Shown here piece after piece: positions 10,551 to 20,826 of a stretch of 64,000 nucleotides of DNA. Both the position numbers and the translations under genes were made by a program. The number at the start of each line of letters is the position of its first letter. Position 1 is the stretch's first letter. The notes below the pieces were generated by a model. The model made no database searches. It saw only the letters and a program-made list of their open reading frames with translations, and had not been told where the DNA came from. Source of the stretch: an uncultured Acidobacteriota bacterium (lineage in GTDB: Bacteria > Acidobacteriota > Thermoanaerobaculia > Multivoradales > SZUA-115); the NCBI GenBank assembly GCA_963805975.1, contig CAWDVR010000004.1, positions 384,001 through 448,000 of the forward strand, in the 5' to 3' direction.

Positions 10551-11966
10551 TCAGAGATGGCAGCGGATCGTGCCCTGCCGCAGGGCATGACCGCCCGTGT
10601 CGTCGTCGTCGACCCAGAAGAAGGCCTTGAGACCGTTGGCGCCGCACTCGGTCGCCATCGTGATCCCTTCGTTGTTCAGGGTCTGAATCGCCTCGTTCGC
10701 CGGGTCGACGATCTGGCGCTGCCGGAAGGTGACGAGCTTGGGGTTGGCCGGGTCGGCGGCGATCTCGAGGATCACGGCGTGGTTGTCGCAGCCGTTGTCG
10801 CAGTAGGCCCAGAGGAGCCCGGTGTCGCGGTCGAAATCGAGGGCCATCACTTCCGGCAGACCGGAGGGGAAGCTCGCCACCAGCGTATGGGTGCCGTTCT
10901 TGTGGTCCAGCGCGAAGGCGTAGAGCCTGCCGTTGTCTTCGAGACCGACGACGAAGAGGCCCGTTCCGTGGTTGGGGAAGTCCTTCGGTGCGTAGGCTTT
11001 CTCCCCGAAGGTGAGCCCGCGCTCGACCAGGTGCGTGTCCGGCACCCAGGCGATGGCCTCCAGGCCCTTGTTGGCGCCCACTTTGGGGAGGGACGAGGAG
11101 AGGTTCCACTCGTGAGAGGCAGTGAGCAGGTTGCCCTTCCCTTCGGTGTCGAAGCGCAGCACGCCCACCTTCTCGCCCTCGAAGGAAATGTAGACCACCG
11201 GCGAGTCCAGCTCCGCCTTGGTCAGCCCTTCCGTGTCCGGCGTGCCTCCGGTGGGGGTTCGCAGCACGCTGCCGTTCCTCCAGCTTTCGGGGGCCGGGCC
11301 CCAAGTCGCCCCGTTCCACTCGAGGCGATAGAGGTTCGGGGGGTCGTTCTTGACCGCCCAGAGGACGGCGGGCGTCGTGACCTGACCGCTGGGCGCGGTC
11401 TTGGCGGGTTGATAGGCCACGCCGCTCATGTTCTTGCCCATCTGTTTCTGCTCATCGGCCGTCGCCACGTCGGTGCCGCCTGGCCACGCTTCCCCACATC
11501 GGTTGGGCTTTTCCCGGGTGGGCGCGAGCGTCCGGGTCCAGCGGAAGGTCGCGTCGCCGTTGGGACAGCGGCCGTAGGAAGTCTTCGCGGCAGACGTCCA
11601 GGTGTAGGAGTCGACGAGCGCGCCCGCCTTGTCGAAGAGTCGGGCGGAATCGGCCTCGCCCAGCCCGAACTTCATCTTGGACTCTTCGAGCACCAGGAAG
11701 CCGCCCGGCGGCAGAGTGGTTCCGGCGCCGATCTCGTAGGGGCTTCGGTCCTCGCTGTCCCGGAAACTCCATCCGGAGACGTCCACGGCCGCCGCCGTCG
11801 AATTGTGCAGCTCGACCCAGTCGTCAGCCCCCGAGGTCGTCCGGACCTCGTTGAGCCTGACGCCGGAAGTCTGCGCCAGCGACGGCGTCGCCGGCCAACC
11901 CAGCAGTCCAGAGGCCCAGAGAAAAGAGAGAGCTGCCAAGGAGCCACGACGAGCTCTTGCTTCCAT
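10551..11966 (-). CDS. Secreted lamin-tail-domain protein with a C-terminal beta-propeller-like region
   Basis: Signal peptide; VRLNEV..DDWVELHN...VDVSGWSFRD (LTD); DTEGLT, KGLEAIAW, NNEGI motifs. Confidence 0.7.
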   Translation of the reverse strand: MEARARRGSLAALSFLWASGLLGWPATPSLAQTSGVRLNEVRTTSGADDWVELHNSTAAAVDVSGWSFRDSEDRSPYEIGAGTTLPPGGFLVLEESKMKFGLGEADSARLFDKAGALVDSYTWTSAAKTSYGRCPNGDATFRWTRTLAPTREKPNRCGEAWPGGTDVATADEQKQMGKNMSGVAYQPAKTAPSGQVTTPAVLWAVKNDPPNLYRLEWNGATWGPAPESWRNGSVLRTPTGGTPDTEGLTKAELDSPVVYISFEGEKVGVLRFDTEGKGNLLTASHEWNLSSSLPKVGANKGLEAIAWVPDTHLVERGLTFGEKAYAPKDFPNHGTGLFVVGLEDNGRLYAFALDHKNGTHTLVASFPSGLPEVMALDFDRDTGLLWAYCDNGCDNHAVILEIAADPANPKLVTFRQRQIVDPANEAIQTLNNEGITMATECGANGLKAFFWVDDDDTGGHALRQGTIRCHL

Positions 11967-12083
11967 GATCTGTACACCTCCGCGCGCTTCAGAGATCTGA
12001 AGTCCGCCGGTAGAGAAGGAAAAATGACCTCGATGGGATCGAGGGAAGGATATCTCGCGCGCCAGACCGGGGTCCAGACATTG

Positions 12084-12156
12084 CCCCGCCTCGACGGCAA
12101 GTTGACGGTCTTCGGCGAGGTGGTGGGAGGGGTGGAGAGGTGCTGCTGCGATCGAG
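12084..12156 (+). repeat. Degenerate direct copy of the 3' end of the cyclophilin gene (10412-10483)
   Basis: CTCGACGGCAAGTTGACGGTCTTCGGCGAGGTGGTGGG versus CTCGACGGCAAGCTCACGGTCTTCGGCGAGGTGGTGGG. Confidence 0.85.
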
Positions 12157-12195
12157 GTCAACAATTTCAGTGACGCTGCAAGGGTCGATATTTGC

Positions 12196-12224
12196 TTGAC
12201 TTCAGATAAGCGCTTCTCCAGAAT
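12196..12224 (+). promoter_or_regulatory. Sigma70-type promoter
   Basis: TTGACT-N17-CAGAAT upstream of the 12382 ORF. Confidence 0.55.
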
Positions 12225-12381
12225 AAGGATCCTCGGAATCTCATCGGATTGAGCAGTTCCTGGGCGTGAAGCCGCCCCTACGCAGCGGTAGTGGTGGCTG
12301 GGTTCGGGCGGTCTAACTCGGAGGCTCCGTAGGCAATAGGAGTCTGCAGATCAAGTCGATCAGCCATAGGAGGATTTGGCG

Positions 12382-13794
12382 ATGCCTGATCAAAGAGGAA
12401 TCTCTCGACTAGCTGCCTTGAGCCTCGCCGTCTTGAGTGTGCCTGTCCTCTTTTGCGCACTGTCCGTCGAAGGCGCCGATAACACCGAGGAGAAAGTCTA
12501 CGGTGAGCTCAAGGAAGACAAGGCGCTGGTGTATCTGATCCGCAAAGGGCGTTTTCAAGGGAGCGCCCGCACGATGTTCGTGTATGCCGACGAGGAATTT
12601 CTCGGGACACTGGACAGCGGGACGTACACGTTTGCTTATGTCGACCCGGGCACGCATCTTCTCTGGACGAATGTGACCCGGCTCCGGCGAGAGGTGGACC
12701 TGGTTCCTAACCGCGTGTACTACATCGAAGTCTGGAGTGCGTTCAATCTTCTTGATCCTGAAGAGGGGAAGGCTCTCGTCGAGAAGGTAGACGCCTATGC
12801 GATTCCGAAAGCCAGAGAGGTGCAGACGGCTGACGATCAGATCCGTAAACGGTATCGAAGAGCTCTGAGGCGCGAGAAAGAGATGGAAAAAGCAGAAGTA
12901 CAAGTCGCGCAGGCCAGCTCGCGTCCGGCTGACACCGCTGGCTACGTGGAGGTTCCGGCCTATACAGAGATCCCCTTGGAGCTCATGGAGAACGTAACCT
13001 CTTACCTGAACCCAACCGGGGACGCTGTCTGGTTTCGCGTAGCCTCGGACGTTGTCCTGGGTGAGCAGCGGGTGGTCAGAGCAGGCACCTTGGTCAGGGC
13101 GACCCTCCGGCATTCCGCGCAGGGGAAGATGGGCGGTGTGGGTGGGAACTTCGACATGGTCGTCCCAACCTTGCCGGCAGCCGATGGCTCTCTCGTACCC
13201 TTGCTTGGGAGGATTGACGCCACAGGTAAGCGGCGAACGGCTGCGGCAGCAGCCGTGGCAACGGGAACCGCGGTAGTAACTGGGCTCGCGACCGGCGGCT
13301 TGTTGGCGATTGCGGTTGCCTTCCCGCGCGGCAAGGAAGCCTTCCTCCTAGTCGGCGAGGAGTTCACGGTCTGGACAAGGGACAACCATTGGGTCGACGC
13401 GGCCAGGGAGCACGCTGCTGCGACCGAGGCTGGTGTCCTTCCGGTCCCTGAGCACCGCCTAGCGGCGCGACCGGCAGAGGATGTCGTGTTCGTGCCCAAG
13501 AAGCGTCGAGCGCCCCCGGACCTGCAAGTTTTTCTCGAGTCGCCCGAAGAGGTCCGGAGCGCTTCGATTCAACAGGTCGGCGACTGGCCGCTCCCAGCGC
13601 CACTCAAGGCGAGCACCATAGTCTCCCGAGATGGTACGTGGGTGGCGATATTCCCCGGGTGGGACGTAGTCCGCTATGCCCGGCTCACCGGGGAGGATAC
13701 GACTGTGCCTCTGAGAGTCGTAGGCACCCTGGCCGATGGGAGTTCGTTTCAGGCTGAACCAACGATGACGATCGTAGTCAAGGGTACCGACTAG
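12382..13794 (+). CDS. Secreted hypothetical protein with a DUF2846-like N-terminal domain
   Basis: Signal peptide; ALVYLIR...VYADEEFLGTLDSGTYTFAYVDPGTH; lower GC than the flanks. Confidence 0.6.
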   Translation: MPDQRGISRLAALSLAVLSVPVLFCALSVEGADNTEEKVYGELKEDKALVYLIRKGRFQGSARTMFVYADEEFLGTLDSGTYTFAYVDPGTHLLWTNVTRLRREVDLVPNRVYYIEVWSAFNLLDPEEGKALVEKVDAYAIPKAREVQTADDQIRKRYRRALRREKEMEKAEVQVAQASSRPADTAGYVEVPAYTEIPLELMENVTSYLNPTGDAVWFRVASDVVLGEQRVVRAGTLVRATLRHSAQGKMGGVGGNFDMVVPTLPAADGSLVPLLGRIDATGKRRTAAAAAVATGTAVVTGLATGGLLAIAVAFPRGKEAFLLVGEEFTVWTRDNHWVDAAREHAAATEAGVLPVPEHRLAARPAEDVVFVPKKRRAPPDLQVFLESPEEVRSASIQQVGDWPLPAPLKASTIVSRDGTWVAIFPGWDVVRYARLTGEDTTVPLRVVGTLADGSSFQAEPTMTIVVKGTD

Positions 13795-13965
13795 CGCGAG
13801 CGTTGCGCGGTCCTTCTCATGGACCCAGGTTGCCGAGGCCGGCCTGTGGCACTGGTCAGGGAACCGGCGCCAAGCCTTAAAGCCAGGCCACGATCCGAAA
13901 GTAGGGTGGTCTCGGTGACGGCTCGGGCAGCTCGGTCGTCGTGAGCCTGGCTGGGCAGTGACTGT

Positions 13966-13995
13966 AGACTCAAGGTCATCAGACTCAAGGTCATC
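13966..13995 (+). repeat. 15-bp perfect tandem duplication
   Basis: AGACTCAAGGTCATC x2, ending 10 bp before the ATG at 14006. Confidence 0.85.
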
Positions 13996-14005
13996 TCGTC
14001 GACCC

Positions 14006-14338
14006 ATGACCCAGGAAGAAGCGCGTCTCTTCGCCCTCTCGCTTCCCGAAGCGCACGAGCACGCGCACTTCGGCCGGCCCGATCTTCGAGTGCGCAACAA
14101 GATCTTCGCGACGCTGCCGGAGGACGGGCGCAGCGTGAACCTGAAGACCACGCCCGCGAGCCTCGACGAACTGGTGTCGATAGCTCCGGAGACCTTTCGC
14201 GACGTGTGGGGCGGCCGGTGGGTGGGGGTCGACCTGGCGACCGTGGACCCTGCTTTCCTGCGCGAGCTGATCACCGAGGCCTGGCGTCTGGCAGCTCCAA
14301 AGCGTTTGGCCGCGAAGCTCGAGGTCGGAAAGGCCTGA
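14006..14338 (+). CDS. MmcQ/YjbR family protein
   Basis: ALSLPEA..HFGRPDLRVRNKIFATL, WVGVDL, ELITEAWRLAAPKRL. Confidence 0.85.
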   Translation: MTQEEARLFALSLPEAHEHAHFGRPDLRVRNKIFATLPEDGRSVNLKTTPASLDELVSIAPETFRDVWGGRWVGVDLATVDPAFLRELITEAWRLAAPKRLAAKLEVGKA

Positions 14339-14369
14339 GCCCAGTTGCCACGCCCCTCCGCGCCGCTAC

Positions 14370-14771
14370 TCAGGCGAAGAGCGCGGCGACAGGCACCCCG
14401 AGACCCGGTGCCCGCGCCAACCGCCGATCCGTCGTGAGCAGCGTGGCTTTCAGCCGCCGGGCCAGCACGACGTAGAGGGCGTCGCGCTGGGCGACGTTGG
14501 CGCGTAGCGACCAAGCCTCGGCGAGGAGAGGCGCGATAGGTGACCGGCGGATCGGCGCGCGGGCGAGCGCTGCTAAGGCCGGGGCAACGGCAGCCTCCTC
14601 GATTGAGCCATCGCGCACCATGCGCCCGAGGGCGGAGAAGACCTCGGCGTCGAAATGCGCCGGCGCAGCGGTCGCGACACCGGCGGCAAGGAAGCGGCTC
14701 ACCTGCAAGCCAGCCGGTGTCCTCAGCAGCAGCTCGACGGCCGCCGAGGCGTCAACGACGACGGCCGGCAC
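14370..14771 (-). CDS. VapC/PIN-domain toxin
   Basis: VVVDASAAVELL, APAHFDAEV, DALYVVLA, LLTTDRRL. Confidence 0.88.
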   Translation of the reverse strand: MPAVVVDASAAVELLLRTPAGLQVSRFLAAGVATAAPAHFDAEVFSALGRMVRDGSIEEAAVAPALAALARAPIRRSPIAPLLAEAWSLRANVAQRDALYVVLARRLKATLLTTDRRLARAPGLGVPVAALFA

Positions 14772-15014
14772 GCGCGAGCTTCCGGTCGTCGGCGTCGCGG
14801 GCTCGTGCGACGGCTTGGGCACCCGAGATCTTGGGGCCCGCGGGGATCAGCTCCTCCACTTCGGCCAGCCACTCCTCCATCGTCGGCAGCTCGCAGTGCT
14901 CGGCCAGCACCTGGATGGTGTACTGGCGCAGGCTCATCCCCCGGTGCGAGCCCTTTGGGTGAGCTTGCGGTGAACAGCGGTCGGCAGCTCTCGAATATGG
15001 AGGCTCACGGACAT
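14752..15014 (-). CDS. FitA-like ribbon-helix-helix antitoxin, frameshifted near 14942
   Basis: MSVSLHIRELPTAVHRKLTQRAR then, in another frame, GMSLRQY...TMEEWL; directly upstream of and overlapping the PIN gene. Confidence 0.75.
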
Positions 15015-15138
15015 GGCGAGATGGTAGCAGAATGCAGCCATGCGCGCGCCAGGAATGGGTCCCACTTCCGCGGGAATGCGGAAGCCGAGAGCGCTCCGGC
15101 TCGACCTCCTCGCATGCTCTGCGATAGACTCCCCTGCC

Positions 15139-15708
15139 ATGCGTACGCCGTTTGTTTATTTGCTCGCGTGCCTGTTTCTCGGCGTCCTCGCCGGCTGTGC
15201 CACGGGTGGGGCGAAGCCGGCTGCGAAGCCGGAGAAGCCGGTGTTGACCGGCGAGGTGACGCGCGAGCAGGTGGAGGCGGCGGTGCCGGACTGGGTGGAG
15301 GTCGAGGTGGCCTCGGAGATCGACTCCGAGGCGGCACAGGCCCTGGCGACGGTCGAGCCCGGAGCCCAGGTGACCGTCTACCTCGGCACCTGGTGCCCGG
15401 ACAGCCGGCGCGAGATGGCGCGGCTGTGGCGCGCGTTCGACGAGATCGGTGGCGAGGTGCCGTTCGAGCTCCACCTGATCGGTGTCGACCGCGACAAGAA
15501 GGAGCCGGCGGACCGCCTGGCCGGAGCCGACCTGCGCTACGTGCCGACCGTCATCGTCCGGCGTGAGGGCCGCGAGCTGGGTCGCATCGTCGAGACCTCG
15601 CCGCACGGCATCGAGAAAGACCTTCTGGCGCTCCTGTCCGGCCAGGCGAGCGGCGTGCTGTCCGAGAGCCGGCCGGAGCTTGCGGCAGGCGCCCAGGAGC
15701 AGCGCTAA
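15139..15708 (+). CDS. Thioredoxin-fold lipoprotein (CxxS)
   Basis: LAGC lipobox; YLGTWCPDS, YVPTVIV, ELGRIVE. Confidence 0.8.
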   Translation: MRTPFVYLLACLFLGVLAGCATGGAKPAAKPEKPVLTGEVTREQVEAAVPDWVEVEVASEIDSEAAQALATVEPGAQVTVYLGTWCPDSRREMARLWRAFDEIGGEVPFELHLIGVDRDKKEPADRLAGADLRYVPTVIVRREGRELGRIVETSPHGIEKDLLALLSGQASGVLSESRPELAAGAQEQR

Positions 15709-15760
15709 AAGCCCTCCCGATCCGGCTGTTTGGGGCGCCGTTTCACCCTCCCGACAGCGC

Positions 15761-15786
15761 TGAAACCTTGCTCCGCACGACCCGTA
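15761..15786 (+). promoter_or_regulatory. SigW-type ECF autoregulatory promoter
   Basis: TGAAAC-N16-CGTA, ending 7 nt before the sigma ATG. Confidence 0.75.
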
Positions 15787-15793
15787 TCAAGCC

Positions 15794-16381
15794 ATGACGC
15801 AGGGAGCCGAGCAGCTATCCGACGAGCAGTTGGTGGCGGCGGTTCTGGCGGGCGACCGGGATCGTTTCGGCGATCTGGTCGAACGGTACCAAGGACGCCT
15901 GGTCAACTATCTGTTCCGGCTCCTGCGCAACCTGGACGAAGCACACGAGCTGGCACAGGAGGTCTTCCTCAAGGTGTACCAGGCGCTGGATCGCTACGAT
16001 CCGAGCTACCGCTTTTCCACCTGGGTGTTTCGGGTGGCGCAGAACGCGGCGATCGATCAGATCCGCAAGCGACGCCTCAAGCTGGTGCCGATCCACCGCC
16101 AGGACGAGGGCGAGAGCGACGGACCGGAGCGCGAGCTGCCGAGCGACGACCGCGGCCCCTACGGCGACTTGCGCAACCGGGAGCGCGGCGAAGCGATCCA
16201 GACGGCGATCGACGGCCTGCCGTGGGAGTACCGGGAGCTGATCGTGCTGCGGCACTTCGGCGAGCTGTCCTACGAGGACATCGCCCGGCTGAAGAAGATG
16301 CCGCTGGGGACGGTCAAGAACAAGCTGTTCCGCGGCCGGCAGGCGCTCAAGGAGAAGCTGGGATCGTTCCTGGCCGACTGA
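15794..16381 (+). CDS. ECF RNA polymerase sigma factor
   Basis: DEQLV, ELAQEVFLK, FSTWVFRVAQN, LSYEDIA, PLGTVKNKLFRGR. Confidence 0.95.
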   Translation: MTQGAEQLSDEQLVAAVLAGDRDRFGDLVERYQGRLVNYLFRLLRNLDEAHELAQEVFLKVYQALDRYDPSYRFSTWVFRVAQNAAIDQIRKRRLKLVPIHRQDEGESDGPERELPSDDRGPYGDLRNRERGEAIQTAIDGLPWEYRELIVLRHFGELSYEDIARLKKMPLGTVKNKLFRGRQALKEKLGSFLAD

Positions 16382-16415
16382 CCGGGGGAGAAGGCGAGGC
16401 AGGAAGGGAGAGACG

Positions 16416-17012
16416 ATGAGCGGCAACGACCCAGATACCGTGCACCAGTGGCTCGACCAGGAGCTCGAAGGCGAGCTCGCCGAGCCCGAGCGCGCGGCAC
16501 TTGCCCAGGCGCTGGCCGCCGATCCGACTCTGGAGCGCGAGCGCCAGGACTTGGCCGCGCTCAACCGTCTGCTCGCCACGAGCCACGTCCCGGTGCGCCA
16601 CGATTTCGCGCAGCAGGTGGTCAAATCGCTGCCCGCGGCGGGCTGGGAGGCCCAGCACCCGAAGAGCTGGCGGCTGGCGGTCGCCCTGCTCCTGCTCCTC
16701 GGCGGCGCCTCCGCCGCGCTGGTGGGCACGGGCTCGGCCCGTTTCGCGCCCGCTTCGTCGTTCCTGGGCGCGGTGGGAGCGGTGGGCGACCTGTTCAAGA
16801 CCACGGCGCTGGCCGGCGCCAGCATGCTGGCCGCCTCGTGGAAGGGCATGGGCCTGGCGATGCAGGAGCTCACCAGCGGTTCGTGGCTCTCGATCGCCGC
16901 CCTCGGCCTGCTGGTGGTGGCTTGCAACGTGTGTCTCTTCCTCCAGGTCCGCTCGTCACGACGACAGGCGGCGATCTTGGTGGCGAGCAGCAACCCCGAC
17001 GAAGGTCCTTGA
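16416..17012 (+). CDS. Putative membrane anti-sigma factor
   Basis: N-terminal LDQELEGEL..ERAAL motif followed by TM segments; directly after the ECF sigma. Confidence 0.65.
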   Translation: MSGNDPDTVHQWLDQELEGELAEPERAALAQALAADPTLERERQDLAALNRLLATSHVPVRHDFAQQVVKSLPAAGWEAQHPKSWRLAVALLLLLGGASAALVGTGSARFAPASSFLGAVGAVGDLFKTTALAGASMLAASWKGMGLAMQELTSGSWLSIAALGLLVVACNVCLFLQVRSSRRQAAILVASSNPDEGP

Positions 17013-17974
17013 CCCCGGTGTCTCTTTCGCGCCCGGCGCGCTCTGCCGCCCTCTGGGCCCTCCTCCTTGCCGCTGCGCCGCTCGCGGCGAGGGGTGGGGA
17101 AGCGCGGCCACCGGCCCTCACCATCGAGCGTGGCAGCGTCGCCAGCCGGCAGGTGGTGGCCCTGGGCCGCGACCTCACGATCGCCGGCCGGGTGGAGAGC
17201 GACGTCGCGGCCCTCAACGGCAAGGTGACGGTGTCGGGCGAGGTCGCTGGCGACGTCATCGTGCTCGGCGGCAACGTCGAGCTCGGTCCCGCGGCGCGGG
17301 TGGGGGGGGATGTCTTCGTGCTCGGCGGCACCATCGCCGCCGCACCGGGCGCCGCCATCGCCGGCCGCTCCGTGGCCTATCCGGACGCCTCCTCGGCCTG
17401 GGTCGCCCTGCTCGAGGCGCCGACGCTCGGCCAGTCGGGGGTCTCGCCGATCGTGATCGGCGCCAAGCTGGCGCTCCTGACCGCCTGGCTGGCCCTGGTG
17501 CTGCTGTTTTTCGCCACCAGCGGTCGGCAGGTGCTCGCCACCTCGGAGACCGCGGCGCGCGAGCCCTTCCGCTGTTTCGCCGTGGGGCTCACCGGGGTCG
17601 TCACGATGGTGCTCACGGCGCTCTTCTTCAGCCTCTTCGCCGCCGCGCTGGTCGGCGTGCCGCTCCTGGCGCTGGTGGTGCTCCTGGGCGTGGTGCTCAA
17701 GCTCTGGGGCATGGTGGCGGTGTTCCACGCCTTCGGCGGCTGGGTGCTGTCGTTCGCCCGCTCTCGCCGCGGCCTGGCGCCGCGGCTCTCGCCGCTCAAC
17801 GTCGCGGCTCTCGGCCTGCTGGTGCTGGGCGCGATCAAGCTCCTGCCCTGGGTGGGCCTCCTCGCCTGGCACGTCGCCACCTTCATCGGCGTCGGTGCCG
17901 CGCTCACCACCAAGCTCGGCCGCCGCGAGCCGTGGTTCGACTTCTCGCCGCAGGCGCTGCGGCACCCCGGTTAG
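17009..17974 (+). CDS. Membrane protein with bactofilin-like beta-helix repeats (start uncertain)
   Basis: IAGRVESDV..GKVTVSGEVAGDVIVLGGNVEL..ARVGGDV repeats followed by several TM helices; TTG overlaps the upstream TGA. Confidence 0.7.
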   Translation: MTPVSLSRPARSAALWALLLAAAPLAARGGEARPPALTIERGSVASRQVVALGRDLTIAGRVESDVAALNGKVTVSGEVAGDVIVLGGNVELGPAARVGGDVFVLGGTIAAAPGAAIAGRSVAYPDASSAWVALLEAPTLGQSGVSPIVIGAKLALLTAWLALVLLFFATSGRQVLATSETAAREPFRCFAVGLTGVVTMVLTALFFSLFAAALVGVPLLALVVLLGVVLKLWGMVAVFHAFGGWVLSFARSRRGLAPRLSPLNVAALGLLVLGAIKLLPWVGLLAWHVATFIGVGAALTTKLGRREPWFDFSPQALRHPG

Positions 17975-17999
17975 CCGCGATAGGGGGCACCGGCTCGCC

Positions 18000-18028
18000 T
18001 TGACCCTCGTTTCCCGATCCCCTACTCT
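18000..18028 (+). promoter_or_regulatory. Sigma70-type promoter for hbd
   Basis: TTGACC-N17-TACTCT. Confidence 0.5.
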
Positions 18029-18082
18029 TGCCGCACTGCGGCCGGCGGATCGGCGGCCCAGCCTCGACAGGGAGCTTCGTGC

Positions 18083-18941
<859 letters not shown>

Positions 18942-18957
18942 GGCCAAGAAGCACCCG

Positions 18958-20809
18958 ATGTCCGTCTTCTGCCAGGTCTGCGGCGCCCCCAACCCCGACG
19001 ACGAAGACTTCTGCCGGCGCTGCCACCAGAAGCTCCTGGTGGTCTCGGGCGCCACCGCCGAGGAGGAGGGGACCTTCGAGGAGTCGCTCGAAGAGAGCTT
19101 CTCCTTCGACGAGCACCTCCTCGAGCGCATCTCGATCCTCGAGGAGGCGGTCAAGCGCACCACCGAGACGCAGCGCACTCTGCTCGGCGCGCTGCGCAAG
19201 CAGGAGCGGAGCATCCTGATCAATCACGCGGGGATCTCCACGCTCCAGGAGCTGCTCGGAAGAGAAGAGCCTGGTGGCGCGCGAGGAGTGGAGCGACCTC
19301 TGGGAGTCCAAGATGGACTACCAGCTCCACGCGCTCGAGAAGCGCGAGCGCTTCGTGTCGATCAAGGAACGCGTGCTGGCCCTCCACCGCGGCGAGCGGC
19401 GCCAGGCGTTCGTCGCGCACCTGGACGACGCCGAGGTGGCGCTCTTCGCCTTCGACATCCGCCGCGCCGTGGCGGCGCTCGAAGAGGCCTTCGCGCTCGA
19501 TCGCGACAACTACGAGCTCGCCTACTTCCTGGGCGAGGTGTTCTTCAACGAGGCCGAGCCGGAGAAGGCCCTCACCTACTTCGCGCGCGTGCTCGCCGCC
19601 AAGCCGGACCACTACGAGGGGCTGGTCTTCTCCGGCGTCATCCGCCACGAGCAGGGGGACAACGCCGGCGCCGAGGAGTACCTGAAGCGGGCGGTCAGCC
19701 ACTACCCGGAGAGCTTTCTCGCCAACTTCAGCCTGGGCGCGGTCTACGCCGGGCTCGGCAACCTGTCGCGTGCCGTGGCCTATCTCGAGCGGGCGGTGGT
19801 CATCGACCCGCTGCCGCAGGCGCAGTTCCTCCTCGGCCGCTGCCGCTACGAGATGGGCCAGCTCACCGGCGCCATCGCGGCGCTCAAGGCGGCGGTGGCG
19901 CGCGACCCGGCCTTCGAGGAGGCGCACCACCTGCTGGGCCTCGCCTACCTCGACCGCCACTGGCACAAGAAGGCGCTCGACTCGTTCCGCTCCGCGCAGC
20001 GCCTCAACCCCCGGAAGATGCGCTACCACGACCTGGTGCGCTACCTCTCGGGGCATCTCGGGGCGCCGCTGCCGGAGGTCACGGGCGAGGCCGCCAAGTG
20101 GCTGGCCGAGGGCGAGCGCTTCCTCGAGTCCGACAACCTGAAGCGGGCGGTGTCGTTCTACCGCCGGGCGCTCTCGCTCGAGCCCGAGAACCCGACGCTC
20201 CTTATGTCCTACGCCATGCTCTGCCTGCACCTCGACCGCGGCAAGGAGATCGAGGCCATCACCCAGAAGGTGCTGGCCGGCAACCCCGGCGAGATGCTCG
20301 AGGCCACCGCCTACGCGACGCTGATCGCGGCGCTGCGCAACCAGGGCAAGTACCGCGAGGGCAATCGCATCGGCCACCGGCTGCTCGAACAGGGCCGCTC
20401 CGCCTTCACCCGCACCATCGCCTACTACGAGATGGCCTACAACCTGGCGGAGATGGAAGAGGATCTCGACAGCGCGCTCGACTACGCCAGGGCGTCGCTC
20501 GACCTGGCGCCCGAGGAGCTCAAGCAGTTCCCTCTGGCCGCCCTGGGCTGGGTGCACTACAAGCGCCGCGAGTACGAGCAGGCGGTCGACTTCCTCGCCA
20601 AGTCGACGGAGCTAGGGCCCTCGACCACTACGCTCACCCACCTCGGCATGGCCTTCCTCGCCAAGGGCGAGGAGGACAAGGCGCGTCACTACCTGACGCG
20701 CGCCCGCGGCCTCTCGGTCCGCGGCGAGGCCCTGGAGGAGCGCATGATGAGCTGGATGAAAGACTCGGGCCAGCTCTTCGAGCGCGTCCGCCGCCAGCAG
20801 AAGAAGTAA
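18958..20809 (+). CDS. Zinc-ribbon/coiled-coil/TPR protein, with a +1 frameshift near 19259
   Basis: CQVC...CRRC N-terminus; LQELL/EEKSLVAREEW joins the two frames; multiple TPRs. Confidence 0.75.
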
Positions 20810-20826
20810 AAGGAGCTTTCGACCCC

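Noticed and set aside
15065-15084. Hairpin CTTCCGC-GGGAAT-GCGGAAG between the TA pair and the thioredoxin gene
   Set aside because: A 7-bp GC-rich stem is expected by chance; it could be an operator or REP remnant but there is no supporting evidence.
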